Below, in pieces: positions 38,480-51,589 of a stretch of DNA of 64,000 nt. Below the pieces are notes generated by a model. It saw nothing but the letters and a program-made list of their open reading frames with translations, searched no databases and was not told the origin of the DNA. Position 1 is the first letter of the stretch; each line of letters opens with the position of its first letter. The DNA is from Macrostomum lignano. Its lineage: Eukaryota. Location of the stretch: NCBI GenBank assembly GCA_002269645.1, contig NIVC01003300.1, positions 41,296 through 105,295 on the forward strand, in the 5' to 3' direction. The translations under genes and the position numbers were made by a program.

Positions 38480-38950
38480 AGCAGGATGTCAGCAGGAATA
38501 GCAGCAGGATGTCAGAAGGGATGGCAGCAGGATGTAAGTAGGGATGGCAGCAGGATGTCAGCAGGAATATCAGCAGGATGTCAGAAGGGATGGCAGCAGG
38601 ATGTCAGTAGGGATGTCAGTAGAGATGTCAGTAGGGATGGCAGCAGAATGTCAGTAGGGATGGCAGCAGGATGTCAGTAGGGATGGCAGCAGGATGTCAG
38701 TAGGGATGGCAGCAGGATGTAAGTAGGGATGGCAGCAGGATGTCAGCAGGAATATCAGCAGGATGTCAGAAGGGATGGCAGCAGGATGTCAGTAGGGATG
38801 TCAGTAGAGATGTCAGTAGGGATGGCAGCAGAATGTCAGTAGGGATGGCAGCAGGATGTCAGTAGGGATGGCAGCAGGATGTCAGTAGGGCTGGCAGCAG
38901 GATGTCAGTAGGGATGGCAGCAGAATGTCAGTAGGGATGTCAGCAGGATA
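38480..38950. repeat. 23-bp minisatellite between PIERCE and the coiled-coil gene
   Basis: Unit gtagggatggcagcaggatgtca with variants. Confidence 0.92.
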
Positions 38951-39138
38951 TCAGAAAGGATACCAGCAGGATGGCCATACAAGCTAAAAGAACATCAGGG
39001 AAAATCACTGGTGCACCTGCTTCCCTCGCTAATACTTCGGCAGACAAAACCTACACACGGGTTTCCAATTCAGCCAGTCACCGTGAGCAGAGCTCCAAGT
39101 CGCGCAGAAGCCCCCAAGCGCCGCAGTCGGTCATCAGC

Positions 39139-42100
39139 ATGACGGAGCCGCCGCAGCCGCAGCTGCACCAGCGGCCGGCCACGGTGGCCGCCTGCGCCCG
39201 TCTCGGCCGAGTCGTCAGCGACCCCGCACGCCGGCGCCGCTACCGCGCTGGCGGCGCTTCCAGCGCAAAGTGGCGACCTTTGGCGGTGCCTCCGCAGCCG
39301 CAGAAAGAGGTGCTTTGAGTCTAGTAGAGTTGCAGTTAGTCTGTTCAAGCATAACTTTAAAACATATAATCAGGTTAAAAAACTAAAACCAATCCCAAAC
39401 ATCTCCCAAACCACGACTAAACATCTCCTAAACCATGACTTAAGCATCTCCTGAACCATGCCTAAGCATCTCCTGAACCATGACTAAGCACATCCTGAAC
39501 CATGACTAAGCATCTCCTGAACCATGACTAAGCATCTCCTGAACCATGCCTAAGCATCTCCTGAACCATGACTTAAGCATCTCCTGAACCATGCCTAAGC
39601 ATCTCCGGAACCATGACTAAGCATCTCCTGAACCATGCCTAAGCATCTCCTGAACCATGCCTAAGCATCCTGAACGATGTCTAAGCATCTCCTGAACCAT
39701 GCCTAAGCATCTCCTAAGCCATGACTAAGCATCTCCTGAACCATGACTAAGCATCTCTTGAACCATGACTAAACATCTTCCGAAACGTGACTAAGCATCT
39801 CCTGAATCGTGACTAAACATCACCTAAGCCATGACTAAGAATCTCCTGAACCATGACTAAGCATCTCCTGAACCATGACTAAACATCTTCCGAAACGTGA
39901 CTAAGCATCTCCTGAATCGTGACTAAACATCACCTAAGCCATGACTAAGCATCTCCTGAACCATGACTAAGCATATCCTGAACCATGACTAAACATCTTC
40001 CGAAACGTGACTAAGCATCTCCTGAATCGTGACTAAACATCACCTAAGCCATGACTAAGCATCTCCTGAATCGTGACTAAACATCACCTAAGCCATGACT
40101 AAGCATATCCTGAACCATGCCTAATGCATGCACAAAAATTTCAACAAGCAAACACAAGATAAAAAAAGCACACCAAATGCTCTTGCTTTCATCCACACCC
40201 TGCTTAAACCTGCTTCTCACTAAGAACTGAAGCTGCAATGCAGTGAAAATCACCCATTCTGCTCTCCTGAACCCAATCGAACCGATACCTTCTTCACACT
40301 CAAGCCCGAGCGCGGCTTCGCCCTCTTCTCCTCGCTCACTGCCCGACGCCGTCAAGAGGCCGCTGATTTGACTCCGTCGACTCCGCCGACGCCGCTGGAC
40401 GCCGGCCAGCTGTTCGCTGCAGAGCCAACGGCCGCATCAGCGTCCAGCAACGACGCTCTGGTTGGCCACCTGCGCGAGCGAGTCGATGCCCTGGCCAGCC
40501 TGCTCGAGGAGGAGCGCAACGTCGATGCGCTGAGGTGGCGGAGCTGACGGCCGAGGCTGGCAGGTCGCTGGCGCGCCAGGCCCAGATGCAGGAGGCTGAG
40601 GTGGCCGAGCTGGCGGCCCAGCAGAGGGCTGAGCTGGCCCGCATCGCCGAAGAGAACGCCAAGATGGTAGGTGGCTTCCAACAGGGACCCAACCCTAACC
40701 CTAACCCTAACCCTAACCCTAACCCTAACCCTAACCCTAACCCTGATTCGTTGTTAATTGAAATTTAGGTTAAACCAGCAGTTCATCATTAAGAATTGAT
40801 AGTAAAAGAAAAATCTGATTTTTAAAGAAACAGGTATCATGTTTTTAGGTTTGTTCAGACCAGTTTTCATTAACTGAATCCTTGCATTTTGTTATGCAAC
40901 TCTGATATTGTTGAAAAATGATTTAATCCAAACTAAAACCTGCAAGTAGCATCAGGCAGCTCTAAAAGTACTTTCGCCAATCTTGCGCAGCTGCAGGCCG
41001 AGGCAGATCGCCGACGCGAGTCGCTCAGTCAGCTCGAGTCTCGCATCGAATATCTTGACGGCGGCTTTCACAGTTTTGTGCAGGCCAGCGGTCGCCGCTT
41101 CGAAGCGCGCTGGTCAGCGCGGGCCGCCGAGCTGACAGCCGAGAACGAGGCAGCTGCTAGGCAAATGGCGGAGCTGGCCGCGGCCAGGGCGGCCCAGGAG
41201 ACGGAGGACCAGCTGTCGGCGGCGCGGGCGGCCAATGCGGCGGCAACGGAGCAGCTGCGTCGGCGCCAAGCCGAAGCGCTGGAGGAGTTACGGCAGTTGC
41301 ACGCGCCAGACGAGGCCGCAATGCTGCAGCTGGCGGCTACAGACGCGGAGGTCAAGGTGAGTAGGGAGGGAAAAGTCGGAATTTGTAGTCTACACTCGGC
41401 GATATTCTTTTTTACTCGAACATGTTTGCGGCATTGATTATATCTATGGCACAATCTCTCTTGGTTAGTACGGGATTGATTATGTCTATGGCACAATCCC
41501 CTGGCTAGTGCGGGATTGATAATGTCTATGGCACAATCTGCCTGGATTATTCCCCTATAGACGGCGGATTCTACAATGCTGCTGAGTTTTATATGGAAAG
41601 CCTATATCTCTGGGTGTAGTTTGTACATCGTATGACAAAGAAGTAGTGAAGTTTTACGTAAAAGTTTGCCTCGAACTCATAAATACACGTAGTGACTCCA
41701 GTGCTTCAATCAATACAAACATGCGTAGCTATACTTGTAATCCTTTGCTGAAGAAGTGAAGGATTGCCAAACATTTTGAGTAGCGAAATCCATTTGAGCA
41801 GGCTTAAATCTGAGTAAGGTGTACAACGGCCCTGATTTTTCAATGTTAGACATGTACTCTCTCTGTGTTTTCGGGGTTGACCCTCAGAGGCAAGAGTTAA
41901 ACAAGAGCATTTAGACAAGTTCTGCCGTCCGCCTCGAACTTGCAGAGCAAACAGTCGCAGCTTCAGTCGCTGCGCCAGCAGCTCAACTCCAGGGCGCGCG
42001 ATCTTCGCGAGGCCCGACGCCAGCTGGCCGATGCCCAGACGGAGCTGCGTGCGGCGGCCGCGGCAGATGCCAGCAACAATGTTGAGCGCCTGGCGGAAGT

Positions 42101-42263
42101 CGAGGCGGCCTGGCAGGAGCGGCTGACTCGGCAGCGGACGGAGCTCGAGGATCTGCGCCGGGCCTGCGAAGAAGTCGGTGCGCCCATCGCGTCGCGGACG
42201 ACTTCTCGGCGGCCGGCGGCAACGCGGCAGAGACGCGCCAGCTTCCCAGCCTCATCAGTCTAA
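39139..42263 (+). CDS. Ala/Glu/Arg-rich coiled-coil protein of about 405 aa (possibly FLACC1/ALS2CR12-like); one -1 frameshift in exon 2
   Basis: Exons 39139-39309, 40305-40666, 40991-41356 and 41946-42263, all with phase-0 junctions. Exon 2 is 362 nt and the frame shifts near 40525-40535 (EERNVDAL->EVAELTAE). IEYLDGGFHSFVQASGRRFEARWS loosely recalls FLACC1 (memory only). Confidence 0.7.
39410..40125. repeat. 22-bp minisatellite in intron 1 of the coiled-coil gene
   Basis: Unit catgactaagcatctcctgaac with higher-order variants. Confidence 0.93.
40691..40744 (-). repeat. Interstitial telomeric repeat (TTAGGG)9
   Basis: (aaccct)x9, perfect, starting 24 nt into intron 2. Confidence 0.95.
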
Positions 42264-44139
42264 AGCTTAAGATAAAAGTCAAACTGTGACAAATCATTTT
42301 GCTCAACTAATTCGTAGCATTAGCTTAGCTTACTTCGTCATTCGAATTTCTCATGACACATTCGTCATTTGCGAATCTCTTGACGCTTGTTTGAAGGAGA
42401 ACAAATTTCAAAGTATGTGAAAACAATCTAAGTTGGAAATCATTGCACTCATTGTAATATATCGCAGTAACCACAGAAAATTTAGGAAACTACGTGTTCA
42501 TGTACATGTCGAAATAGATTTGCCGAGAATGTTGTACATTGCCTCGTAGTCCTGTAACCCCCTCTGTAACTCTAACGGCCGCAGACTAGATAGGGGTTCC
42601 ACTAAAGGAAAATTACCCATCTAGTGGGGTGAACCCACGGTGGACCCAGACTAGAATATCCTAGTACGAGTCCCGGGGGTACACTGGTGAGGTTTTTTGG
42701 GAGCGTCTTGATAGGCTGTCTTTGGACAAGAGGATTACGGGATTCACTATTATTCTAGAATCAGAATTCGAGAAGGGAAACGGTTTTCTATTTTTAGACT
42801 GCAGAAGGGAAACCCGCCGGTTTTCTATTTTTAGACTGTAGAAGGGAAACCCGCCGGTTTTCTATTTTTAGACTGCAGGACCCCGAGGCTACCGAGTCCA
42901 CAAGTCCTTAAGTCCAGTCGAGCTACGTACCATAGACCAGTGTTCTTTTCTTTTATGGAATCCCTGTCCGTTGCAAGCAATGCTCTGCCATGTAGCCACT
43001 AACCCGCCTAACCCTCTACATAAGACTATATTGATATCACTCTTGCAACTTGTGCGTGCGTGAATGTAAATTGCAGAAAAGTGTGCTCCAAACAGACCTA
43101 GCCGCCCAACCCCAACTGTGCCACCCCAAACTCCAAACCTGATAATAAAAATCGTTAACTTTGCAACCGCCGATGTTGAACAAAGACTATCCTATCTCCT
43201 CTCAACCCCCACCTCACGCCCCGCCACCCCCACGAATTTTGACCCACGAATGTAAATTACAAAGAGGCCCCATTTAGGCCTAACCCCACCCCAAACTGTG
43301 GCCTCCCTAACCTCCACAACCCCCCATTTTTAACGTTTAATGTACATCCCCCCGCACCCTGCGTCCTCTAAATACTTTTGAACTCCTGGCTTCTGGTTCT
43401 CTTGCCGTAATTGCCACAAGCATGCTTTAATTTATACTTTAATGCAATTACATTACACGTACATGTACATGTACATGTAGGGCTTCTGTAGCGCAAAGCA
43501 GCACCACAAAAGTAGGACAAGTATTTAATTTTAACCCAAGCATTTCAGCGCACCCATCCCAAGCACTGCAGTCTCGGCTTCGAACTCGATTAATTTCTTC
43601 CACAAAAAAGCACTTTAAACAATCCATTTTGTCATTCTTCCTAAATCGCTATTTTGTTTTGCCGCTAGTTTTGACAGCTTTTCTTTTAGTAGCAGCAGTC
43701 CATTATTGCTGGAATTCGAGTTAAGTGGGACAACTGCTGAGTTATTGAATTCCTGCCCTGCTTTCTTTGTTATATTAATAAACATTTTTATATTGTTTGC
43801 TTTTGCCAGAATTTTTTGCTGCCTAGCTATTGCACATCTCTTCTGCAAACGCGGAGAAGTTTCTGTCTTTTTGTTGGGCTTGCCTTTCAGTAATTAAAAG
43901 GTGAAGAATGTTGCTTGGCGTAACCTAAAATGATTACGAAGTATTAACAAGAATTTCATGCCTTTTTCAAACTGAGGCTAAAATTAAGGTAATATTGTTC
44001 TGTCTAGATTCATTTGTAGTCACTAATCCTTCTGGACAGATTAGTAGCACAACCAGTCACACTATTGGTCACTAAATTGATGACACGTTTGCTCAAACGA
44101 ACGGTCACATGGTTTATCACACAGTTAAACACACAATAA

Positions 44140-44790
44140 ATCACCTTTGATCGCGTGATCGATCGGTCATGAGATTGGCCACACATTTTATCACAAGACT
44201 GCTCATACGGTTGATCAGAGGATTGGTCACACGGTTAATCATAGGATTGGTCACCTGTTCGATCATATTATTGGTCACACAGTTAATTTTAGGATAGGTC
44301 ACACGATTGATCATAGGATTGGTCACACGGTTGATTTTAGGATTGGTCACATGGTTGGTCATAGGATTGGTCACATGGTTGGTCATAGGATTGGTCACAT
44401 GGTTGGTCATAGGATTGGTCACATGGTTGGTCATAGGATTGGTCACATGGTTGGTCATAAGATTGGTCACACGGTGGGTCATAGGATTGGTCACACGACT
44501 GATCATAGGATTGGTCACATGGTTGGTCATAGGATTGGTCACATGGTTGGTCATAGGATTGGTCACATGGTTGGTCATAGGATTGGTCACATGGTTGGTC
44601 ATAAGATTGGTCACACGGTGGGTCATAGGATTGGTCACACGACTGATCATAGGATTGGTCACACGGTTGGTCATAGGATTGGTCACACGGTTGGTCATAA
44701 GATTGGTCACACGGTTGGTCATAGGATTGGTCACACGGTTGGTCATAGGATTGGTCACACGGTTGATCATAGGATTGGTCACAAGATGGC
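44140..44790. repeat. 24-bp minisatellite
   Basis: Unit ggttggtcataggattggtcacat, about 26 copies, decaying leftwards. Confidence 0.95.
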
Positions 44791-46366
44791 TCACACAGCG
44801 AAAATGAGGAACTTCGCAGCTCAGTGACGCTCCTGCATTTATAACGGATCACCGGACTCAATCTGCAATTCAGTGATCCGTTCAGCTTATAGGAAGCCAG
44901 CTCCAATTTGATGAAGGAGGCTGATCAGTTTACAATGTCGCAGGGAGAAAGTCTGAATTATATTGCCTGCACATCCGCCTTCGCTGCAGGCCTCGATTTT
45001 TTATACTTGGGAAGCGGCTTGAAAAGCGAACCAGACTTGGTCTTCAATCTTTTCCTACTTGGCGATGCAGCCAAGCCCCATTCATCACCACCGCACTGTG
45101 ACTCTCTGGTCTTCGCGGCATCGGACAAGGATATAAACCCGCGCCTGCTCCCGCTAGGCTTTTTTAGCAACTCTTTCTTTGAAAGAGAACATACGGAGAA
45201 TTATCCCCTACCTGCTGAGAAACCGGAACAGCCGGAAGGGCCGGGCGGGCGGGAACACGAGAAACTGCTTGGGTGACGAGGAAGGCCCATTGTGAGCTTG
45301 AGTCCTGTGTCCGTCAGCCGGCGCCATGGGATGAAGCATCAACCAACCAATCTTCTCAATACCAGCTCCAGCTTCTTTTATCCATCCACATCTTTCTTTA
45401 TTCCTCTATTTTTCCTTCTCGGCACCTCTCGCCCCCATGCGGCGAGGACAAGCTTATCCCATTCTATAGTTTATTTTGCCGCGACGTGTTTTTAGGGTGG
45501 TTCAAAAAATACTACTCTATGGTGAGTCTTCGGGATTGCGAAGGAAAGGATAGGAAAGAATGTAGTCAGTTTTCCTGACTACTGGTGATACTGTGTACAA
45601 GACAGAGCAGCTCAGTGGTAAACATTAATTTGGGATTTGAGCACGAAAGGACCAACACCCAAGGCAACAGAGAGTGTACATGCCTGTCGATTAGAAACTA
45701 GAAAATCAAGGCTGCTGTACACCCTGTGTGAGCGTGGGCCTTCGTACAGTTACAGAATTTAAAAATCATTTGAGGAAGCAGGTACAAGCTCGCACCAAAC
45801 CATCGATAACCCAGTCTGTATGGCGATTCTTTCTTGGGCCACCCTCTCTGCTCCCGCCTGCACCCAACACCTACCGCTCAGTTTCCCTGAACTTGTTGTC
45901 GGCTCTCAGTGGTGAATCGGGTTCTGAGACGGGGGTTGTTGGGCGGGTGGCAGGCGCTATCGCCCCTCTCTCCCGGCCAGCACGCTACACCGACACTGAG
46001 AGCCCGCCCTGCCGCCTCCTCCCGTGCCACTGGGGCTGCAGGAATCGGAAATGTTGCCCCCAACGAATGCATTGACGCCGCTGCTGGAAGCTGAAAGGCC
46101 CGATGACGGAGGCTGGGAGCCTAAGAGTGGGAGGGGGGAGGGGGGCCCTCACAAAGGGCGACCCCGGCATTGGAGCGCTGTTTGATGCCCCGGAGGGTCC
46201 CGTGACCAGCTGGGAGCCCGACTTCCACAAGTCGTAAGTCATGTCACCGGGGCGGCCGCCGCTGGCGTCTCCATTCTCTCGGCCGCCCCACCCCCCGCTC
46301 TTCCACAATACAAATGCTGGAGTCCCGCGGCCTCTGCGCTCTCCGATCCGCCTCGCTCTCTTTGGT

Positions 46367-46527
46367 TATTATATATCTGCTGCTTTCGGTCCCCCAGCTT
46401 CAGACAGTTGGGAAACGAAAATTCTTGTAGAATAAGTCGCGAGCTAAAGATTTGAACTTGACCCAGCAACCGGCTAGCGACCGAACCGAGGAAGCAGCAG
46501 CACTAACACTAACCGTCGGAGGTAAGC
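46367..46527 (+). promoter_or_regulatory. Candidate core promoter and non-coding first exon, possibly of the DAT gene
   Basis: CpG-rich segment from 45900; TATA-like tattatatat (46367-46376); Inr-like tcagacagtt about 30 nt downstream; strong donor GAG|gtaagc at 46522. Linkage to DAT is inferred only. Confidence 0.3.
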
Positions 46528-46699
46528 ATCGGGGCTGTCCTTTTTAGCTCTGGAAATATTTTTGCTCAAAAATCATCTGCTGCTGTCAGCTCTCCATCAA
46601 GAGGGGTGGATGCGCCCCCCACCCGGATTTAGACGTATTACGCGTCTGTGCAGCTGGAGTTGAAATGCATGCCAACGGCCTACTGACCCCTCGATTAAT

Positions 46700-46995
46700 A
46701 ATGCACTCCGGTTGCCGTAGCAGCACAAACAATAATATTGGGCAAATGTGCAACCGACAGCTCAGCCGCAGCTATTGCTGCGTACGGCTGTTCAGTCCAA
46801 GGACTGGGGGGTCGCCACACACACCCTCAATTACCCCAGCTAATGCTGGCTACCATTTTATAGCTGGGTGGACTGAAGCAATGCAGAGTTAAGTGCCTTG
46901 CTTAGGGGACACAAATTGTTCCGAGTGGGCCGAGAATCGAACCCCCGACCTTTCAGCCGTGAGTTCGACGCTCTAAACACTAGGCTTCAACAACC
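46700..46995 (-). mobile_element. tRNA-derived SINE (tRNA-Val(CAC)-like head, CORE-like body)
   Basis: Minus strand agcctagtgtttagagcgtcgaactcacggctgaaaggtcgggggttcgattctcggccc contains an A box, CTCAC loop and B box. It continues into gtgtcccctaagcaaggcacttaactc...cagtccacccagctataaaatgg. The 3' boundary is approximate. Confidence 0.65.
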
Positions 46996-48344
46996 CCCTA
47001 CTCTGAATCTGGATCTAAACCTACTCAAAGCACAAAGCAATTTTATTAGACTTGTCCTCCGTATGAACAATGGTCTGAAGACAGCTATTAGCTTACTTAA
47101 AGTAGTCAGTTCCGGTGGGAAAAGAGAAAATATCTGACCAAAATTAGTTTCAGCGGGTTGGGAGAAAAACTAATTTCTTATTTCCTTACAGCTCATCTCG
47201 CTAGGAAGGGATTAGGGGAGTTTTAAGTTTGATAAGACCAGGTGAGAGAGACAGAGAGAAGACAGGTCGACTTTCAGTCAGACGACATCCCATCTTTCAT
47301 TCTCGCAGCTAGCTGGGAGCTCGTTATCCCATGGGGTCTGGGCGGTGGGGATTTCCCCCCAGCCTCTAATGAGGCGCGGGTTTCAGAAGTGCGCGCGACC
47401 GGGCCAGCGCCGACTCTCCCGCTGCGGCATTGTCTGTCCGGGGGGCGGCTTAAGAGGCAGTCGGCGGGAGCAGAAAGGGCAAGGGGGAGGCTGGCCAAGG
47501 CGCCCCTCATCCCCGAGAAAACTCAGCATGTCCGAAGGGCAAAACCGGGATGGAAGAGATGAAGAAGCAGGAAAAGTTGATAATGGTGATGCCGCGCGGC
47601 TCTCAGCTGGATGAAGCAATGGAGTCTGGGGAGGGGAAGTGTACTGCAGTGGGAGGAACAAACAAATTCTCTCATGGTGAGCATGCCGTGCATGCGGCAG
47701 CGCCTCCAGCAAGATGGGGATCTAATATTATTCTTGCTGGTTTACTCAGCATGGAGACTTCTGCTCACCACTGGATGGGAACTCAAGAGCCGGAACTCTG
47801 CTCAGCGAGAGAGAGGAGGGCGAGAGCAGCCTTGAGGATTTGGAGACTTTTTGTCACCGGGAAGAAACTAGAAGGGGGAAAATTGTGAACGGGTTCTGAT
47901 CCCCGGCAACTGCAGCTGCTACTGGTCTGCGCCCAGCATCTCAAATGTCGACCCTCCCTCGGCAGCCTACCGGAATGGGGAGAATTCTCCCACCCCTCTT
48001 TTCCTCTCTTGGCCAACCCTCAGAAACTGCCCCCCCTCCACCCACTCTGCTCCCCTGGTTCTGCCGGCCCTTATTCGCCAGCTTCCCAACCTGAAATTCC
48101 CGACCTGGGAAGGCGAGAGGCTGGCAGAGCTGCTTCAACAGAGAGGCGCCCCAGCGGACTAATCAGGGTTGGCGCCACCTGCTGGCCTCGGGTTTCAGCC
48201 ACTGGCTGGATTATTAACTCGATTCGCTCCGCCGGAGACCGCGCTTTGCTCAGTTATCAACAAATCCCCGGTGGAGAATGCGAGCGGCGAAGATGAGAGA
48301 AAATTGAGGTGAAAATTGAAACTCAATGACCTTCAGTTGCCGTC

Positions 48345-48375
<31 letters not shown>

Positions 48376-48739
48376 GGTTGTTGATATCGCATGGCACCGC
48401 CGAACCATGGGTGAGTTGCAGAGAATACGAGTGACTGCCGGTGTGACGCAAGCAGCCGATACAGCTTCCAAGAAGGGATTGCAGAGCACAAGGCACAAAC
48501 TGGTGCATGTAGGATGTACAATACTTCAAGCAGATTCCATCTGACACAGTGGAATGCATCAATGATCATTGAATCTAATCTATTTGAACATTTGCTGTAA
48601 TTAGTTGCACTTTTACTCGCCCAGTTAGCGGGTCCCTGCAAACAGAAGTGCTCCCGCCCACTGCTTCAATCCAATTAAAATTAATTTGTACCATGTCAGG
48701 TTTCTACAGACCAATGACGATACATTATCCAGTAGACTG

Positions 48740-49555
48740 AAAATCATCAGCACAATGAGACCCATTCTCGTCCAGAAGCATGACCATCAGCACAATGACC
48801 CAATCTCAACCATAAGCATTACCATCAGCACAATGACCCATTCTCAACCATAAGCATGACCATCAGCACAATGACCATTCTCAACCATAAGCATGACCAT
48901 CAGCACAATGACCCATTCTCAAATGCATGACCATCAGCACATGACCCATTCTCAACCAAAGCATTACCATCAGCACAATGACCCATTCTCAACCAAAGCA
49001 TTACCATCAGCACAATGACCATTCTCAACCATAAGCATGACCATCAGCACAATGACCCATTCTCAACCATAAGCATGACCATCAGCACAATGACCCATTC
49101 TCAACCAAAAGCATTACCATAAGCACAATGACCCATTCTCAACCAAAAGCATTACCATCAGCACAATGACCCATTCTCAACCATAAGCATGACCATCAGC
49201 ACAATGACCCATTCTCAACCATAAGTATGACCATCAGCACAATGACCCATTCTCAACAAAAGCATTACCATAAGCACAATGACCCATTCTCAACCAAAAG
49301 CATTACCATCAGCACAATGACCCAATCTCAACCATAAGCATTACCATCAGCACAATGACCCATTCTCAACCATAAGTATGACCATCAGCACAATGACCCA
49401 TTCTCAACCAAAAGCATGACCATCAGCACAATGACCCATTCTCAACCAAAAGCATGACCATCAGCACAATGACCCAATCTCAACCAAAGGCATTACCATC
49501 AGCACAATGACCTATTCTCAACCATAAGCATGACCATAGGCACAATGACCATAAG
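48740..49555. repeat. 38-bp minisatellite
   Basis: Unit catcagcacaatgacccattctcaaccataagcatgac, about 21 copies. Confidence 0.95.
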
Positions 49556-50244
49556 CACAAATCATGCATGCAAATCAGATACTTGAGTGCTCAAGCTGCT
49601 CATGCAAGCAAGCAAACTCGAACCAAACCCAGTCAGGCCTGGAAAAGCAGGGAGTTCCGCTGCGGAGCCCCAGCAACACGCATAATTCCTTGGCTACATG
49701 GACACCTAATTGGAAATTCGATATAAGCCCAGAGCAAGGGGCTGATGCAGACCAGAGGCTGGGCAACTAAGCAAGAGTTGATGTCGTCTCCCCTCACTCC
49801 GAAGCCAGGGCTAATTTTTGAGGGATCACACGCGGAGCAACAATCGCTCACTGAGCATGAATACGTGCTCCAGAGCCGCTGTCCCTGAGCAGCTTTGCCT
49901 GCCTGCCTGCTCAGAGTAATTGGATAAAACGCCGGCGGTCTGCTCTGCTCTTGTTTGCTGGAGAATTGCAAAAGAGAAAGCGGTAGGGATGCAGGAAACT
50001 GTAGAAACATAGGCAGAGCGCATCTATCCTAGCCGCTTGACGTGTAGATGGAGTTTTCTGGCTTGCATAGCACAATCAATGATTCAACAGAGTGGGATGT
50101 GCAGAGGGACGGGGTTGAACACTTTGTGGTGGATGCTTTGCGTTGTCGTGTTTCTGTAGAAATTAGCATTCCCGTTTCTTAACATAGGAAGGATACTTTT
50201 TCGATGAAGCCTGATCAAGGATTTTAAGAATTTAAGGTAACAGG

Positions 50245-50655
50245 GTTGGAGGGTGGAGGGTTGGAGGGTAGAGGGTTGGAGGGTAGAGGGTTGGAGGGTA
50301 GAGGGTTGGAGGGGAGAGGGTTGGAGGTTAGAGGGTTGGAGGGTAGAGGGTTGGAGGTTAGAGGGTTGGAGGGTAGAGGGTTAGAGGGTAGAGGGTTGGA
50401 GGGTAGAGGGTTTAGAGGGTAGAGGGTTGGAGGTAGAGGGTTGGAGGGTAGAGTGTTGGAGGTTAGAGTGTTGGAGGGTAGAGGGTTGGAGGTAGAGGTT
50501 GGAGGGTAGAGGGTTGGAGGGTAGAGGGTTGGAGGGTAGAGGGTTGGAGGGTAGAGGGTTGGAGGTGAGTGTTGGAGGTAGAGGGTTAGGTAGAGGGTAG
50601 AGGGTTGGAGGGTAGAGGGTTGGAGGGTAGAGGATAGAGGGTTGGAGGTTAGAGT
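50245..50655. repeat. 15-bp G-rich minisatellite (G-quadruplex-capable) about 0.9 kb upstream of the DAT coding start
   Basis: Unit ggagggtagagggtt with two GGG runs per unit. Confidence 0.92.
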
Positions 50656-51589
50656 TGTCAGACCGGAGAGAGGGCGGGAGCAGCGGAAGTCACATACAGA
50701 GCGATAGCAGGAAACAAGTAAAATCCGTAGGCTTTCTTGAATTGAATCACTGCAGAGCAGAGTCCTTCAGGTCTCATGACGTCATGAGGTCGGTCTCCCG
50801 CTGAGCGAGGGGCAGGCGGGCCCCAGTCTTTGATCGCGGCCATGATGCAGTTCGCCAAATGGTCGCGGAAAAAAATTGAATTAAGCTCAGCGGCAGCGGA
50901 GAGGCTGGTAGTGCGGGATTGCATTAGCCAAATTGGCCCGGCCTCCCTGTCTATCCAGCCCGCCTCCCCGCTGCCAAGTCTCCACTCTCGCTTTTAGCAT
51001 TCGTGTTCAATTAAACGAACGGAATCCCAGCTCCCATTTATCCAGATTTCCCCCGCCCCCGCCCCGAAGTCTCTTGAAAGATTGCCTTGGTGTAGAAAAG
51101 GAAATGACAGGGGATCGGATTAAATCCGCCGGGCAGATTCTCGTTCAGCAAATATAGAAATGGGGATCACATTTGAAGCCTCGGCGCTCAGACAGGTGTG
51201 TGTGAGAGAGAGAAAGCAGGTTGCCTGATTAGTCGATTCGAGTTTCACCTGTCTCTACACCCCTCTGTAATGAAATTTCTCTACCAAAAAATTTCCACCC
51301 AAACCCAACTGCTCTACTGCGAGTAGGGCATGCCGAGTTTCGCTCTCAAAAAACCGGCGCAACCTCAGAAAAAAGCATGAGTTTCTGAGAGCCAATCAGC
51401 ATTGAGCTGGAGAAAATTTTAACGGGATGCCAATTGCATAAAAGACGGGAAACTTGTCAAATAGGCCGGGAATTCAAACCACCTGAGCGTTTGTTGACGA
51501 TTGCTAGAACAGTTTGAGCAGTCGGGCAGACAGTCAAGCCAAGATTCTCGCGGCCCCGCGCGGGCCTGTGAGATGTCCACTTGCCCATC

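Noticed and set aside
42553-43020. Possible solo LTR (TGTAAC...CTACA)
   Set aside because: The termini fit TG...CA, but the flanks (gtcc / taag) show no target-site duplication.
44908-47900. Cluster of 60-120-aa ORFs upstream of DAT
   Set aside because: No family motif and no consistent exon chain. The region is better explained as GC-rich promoter, UTR and repeat DNA.
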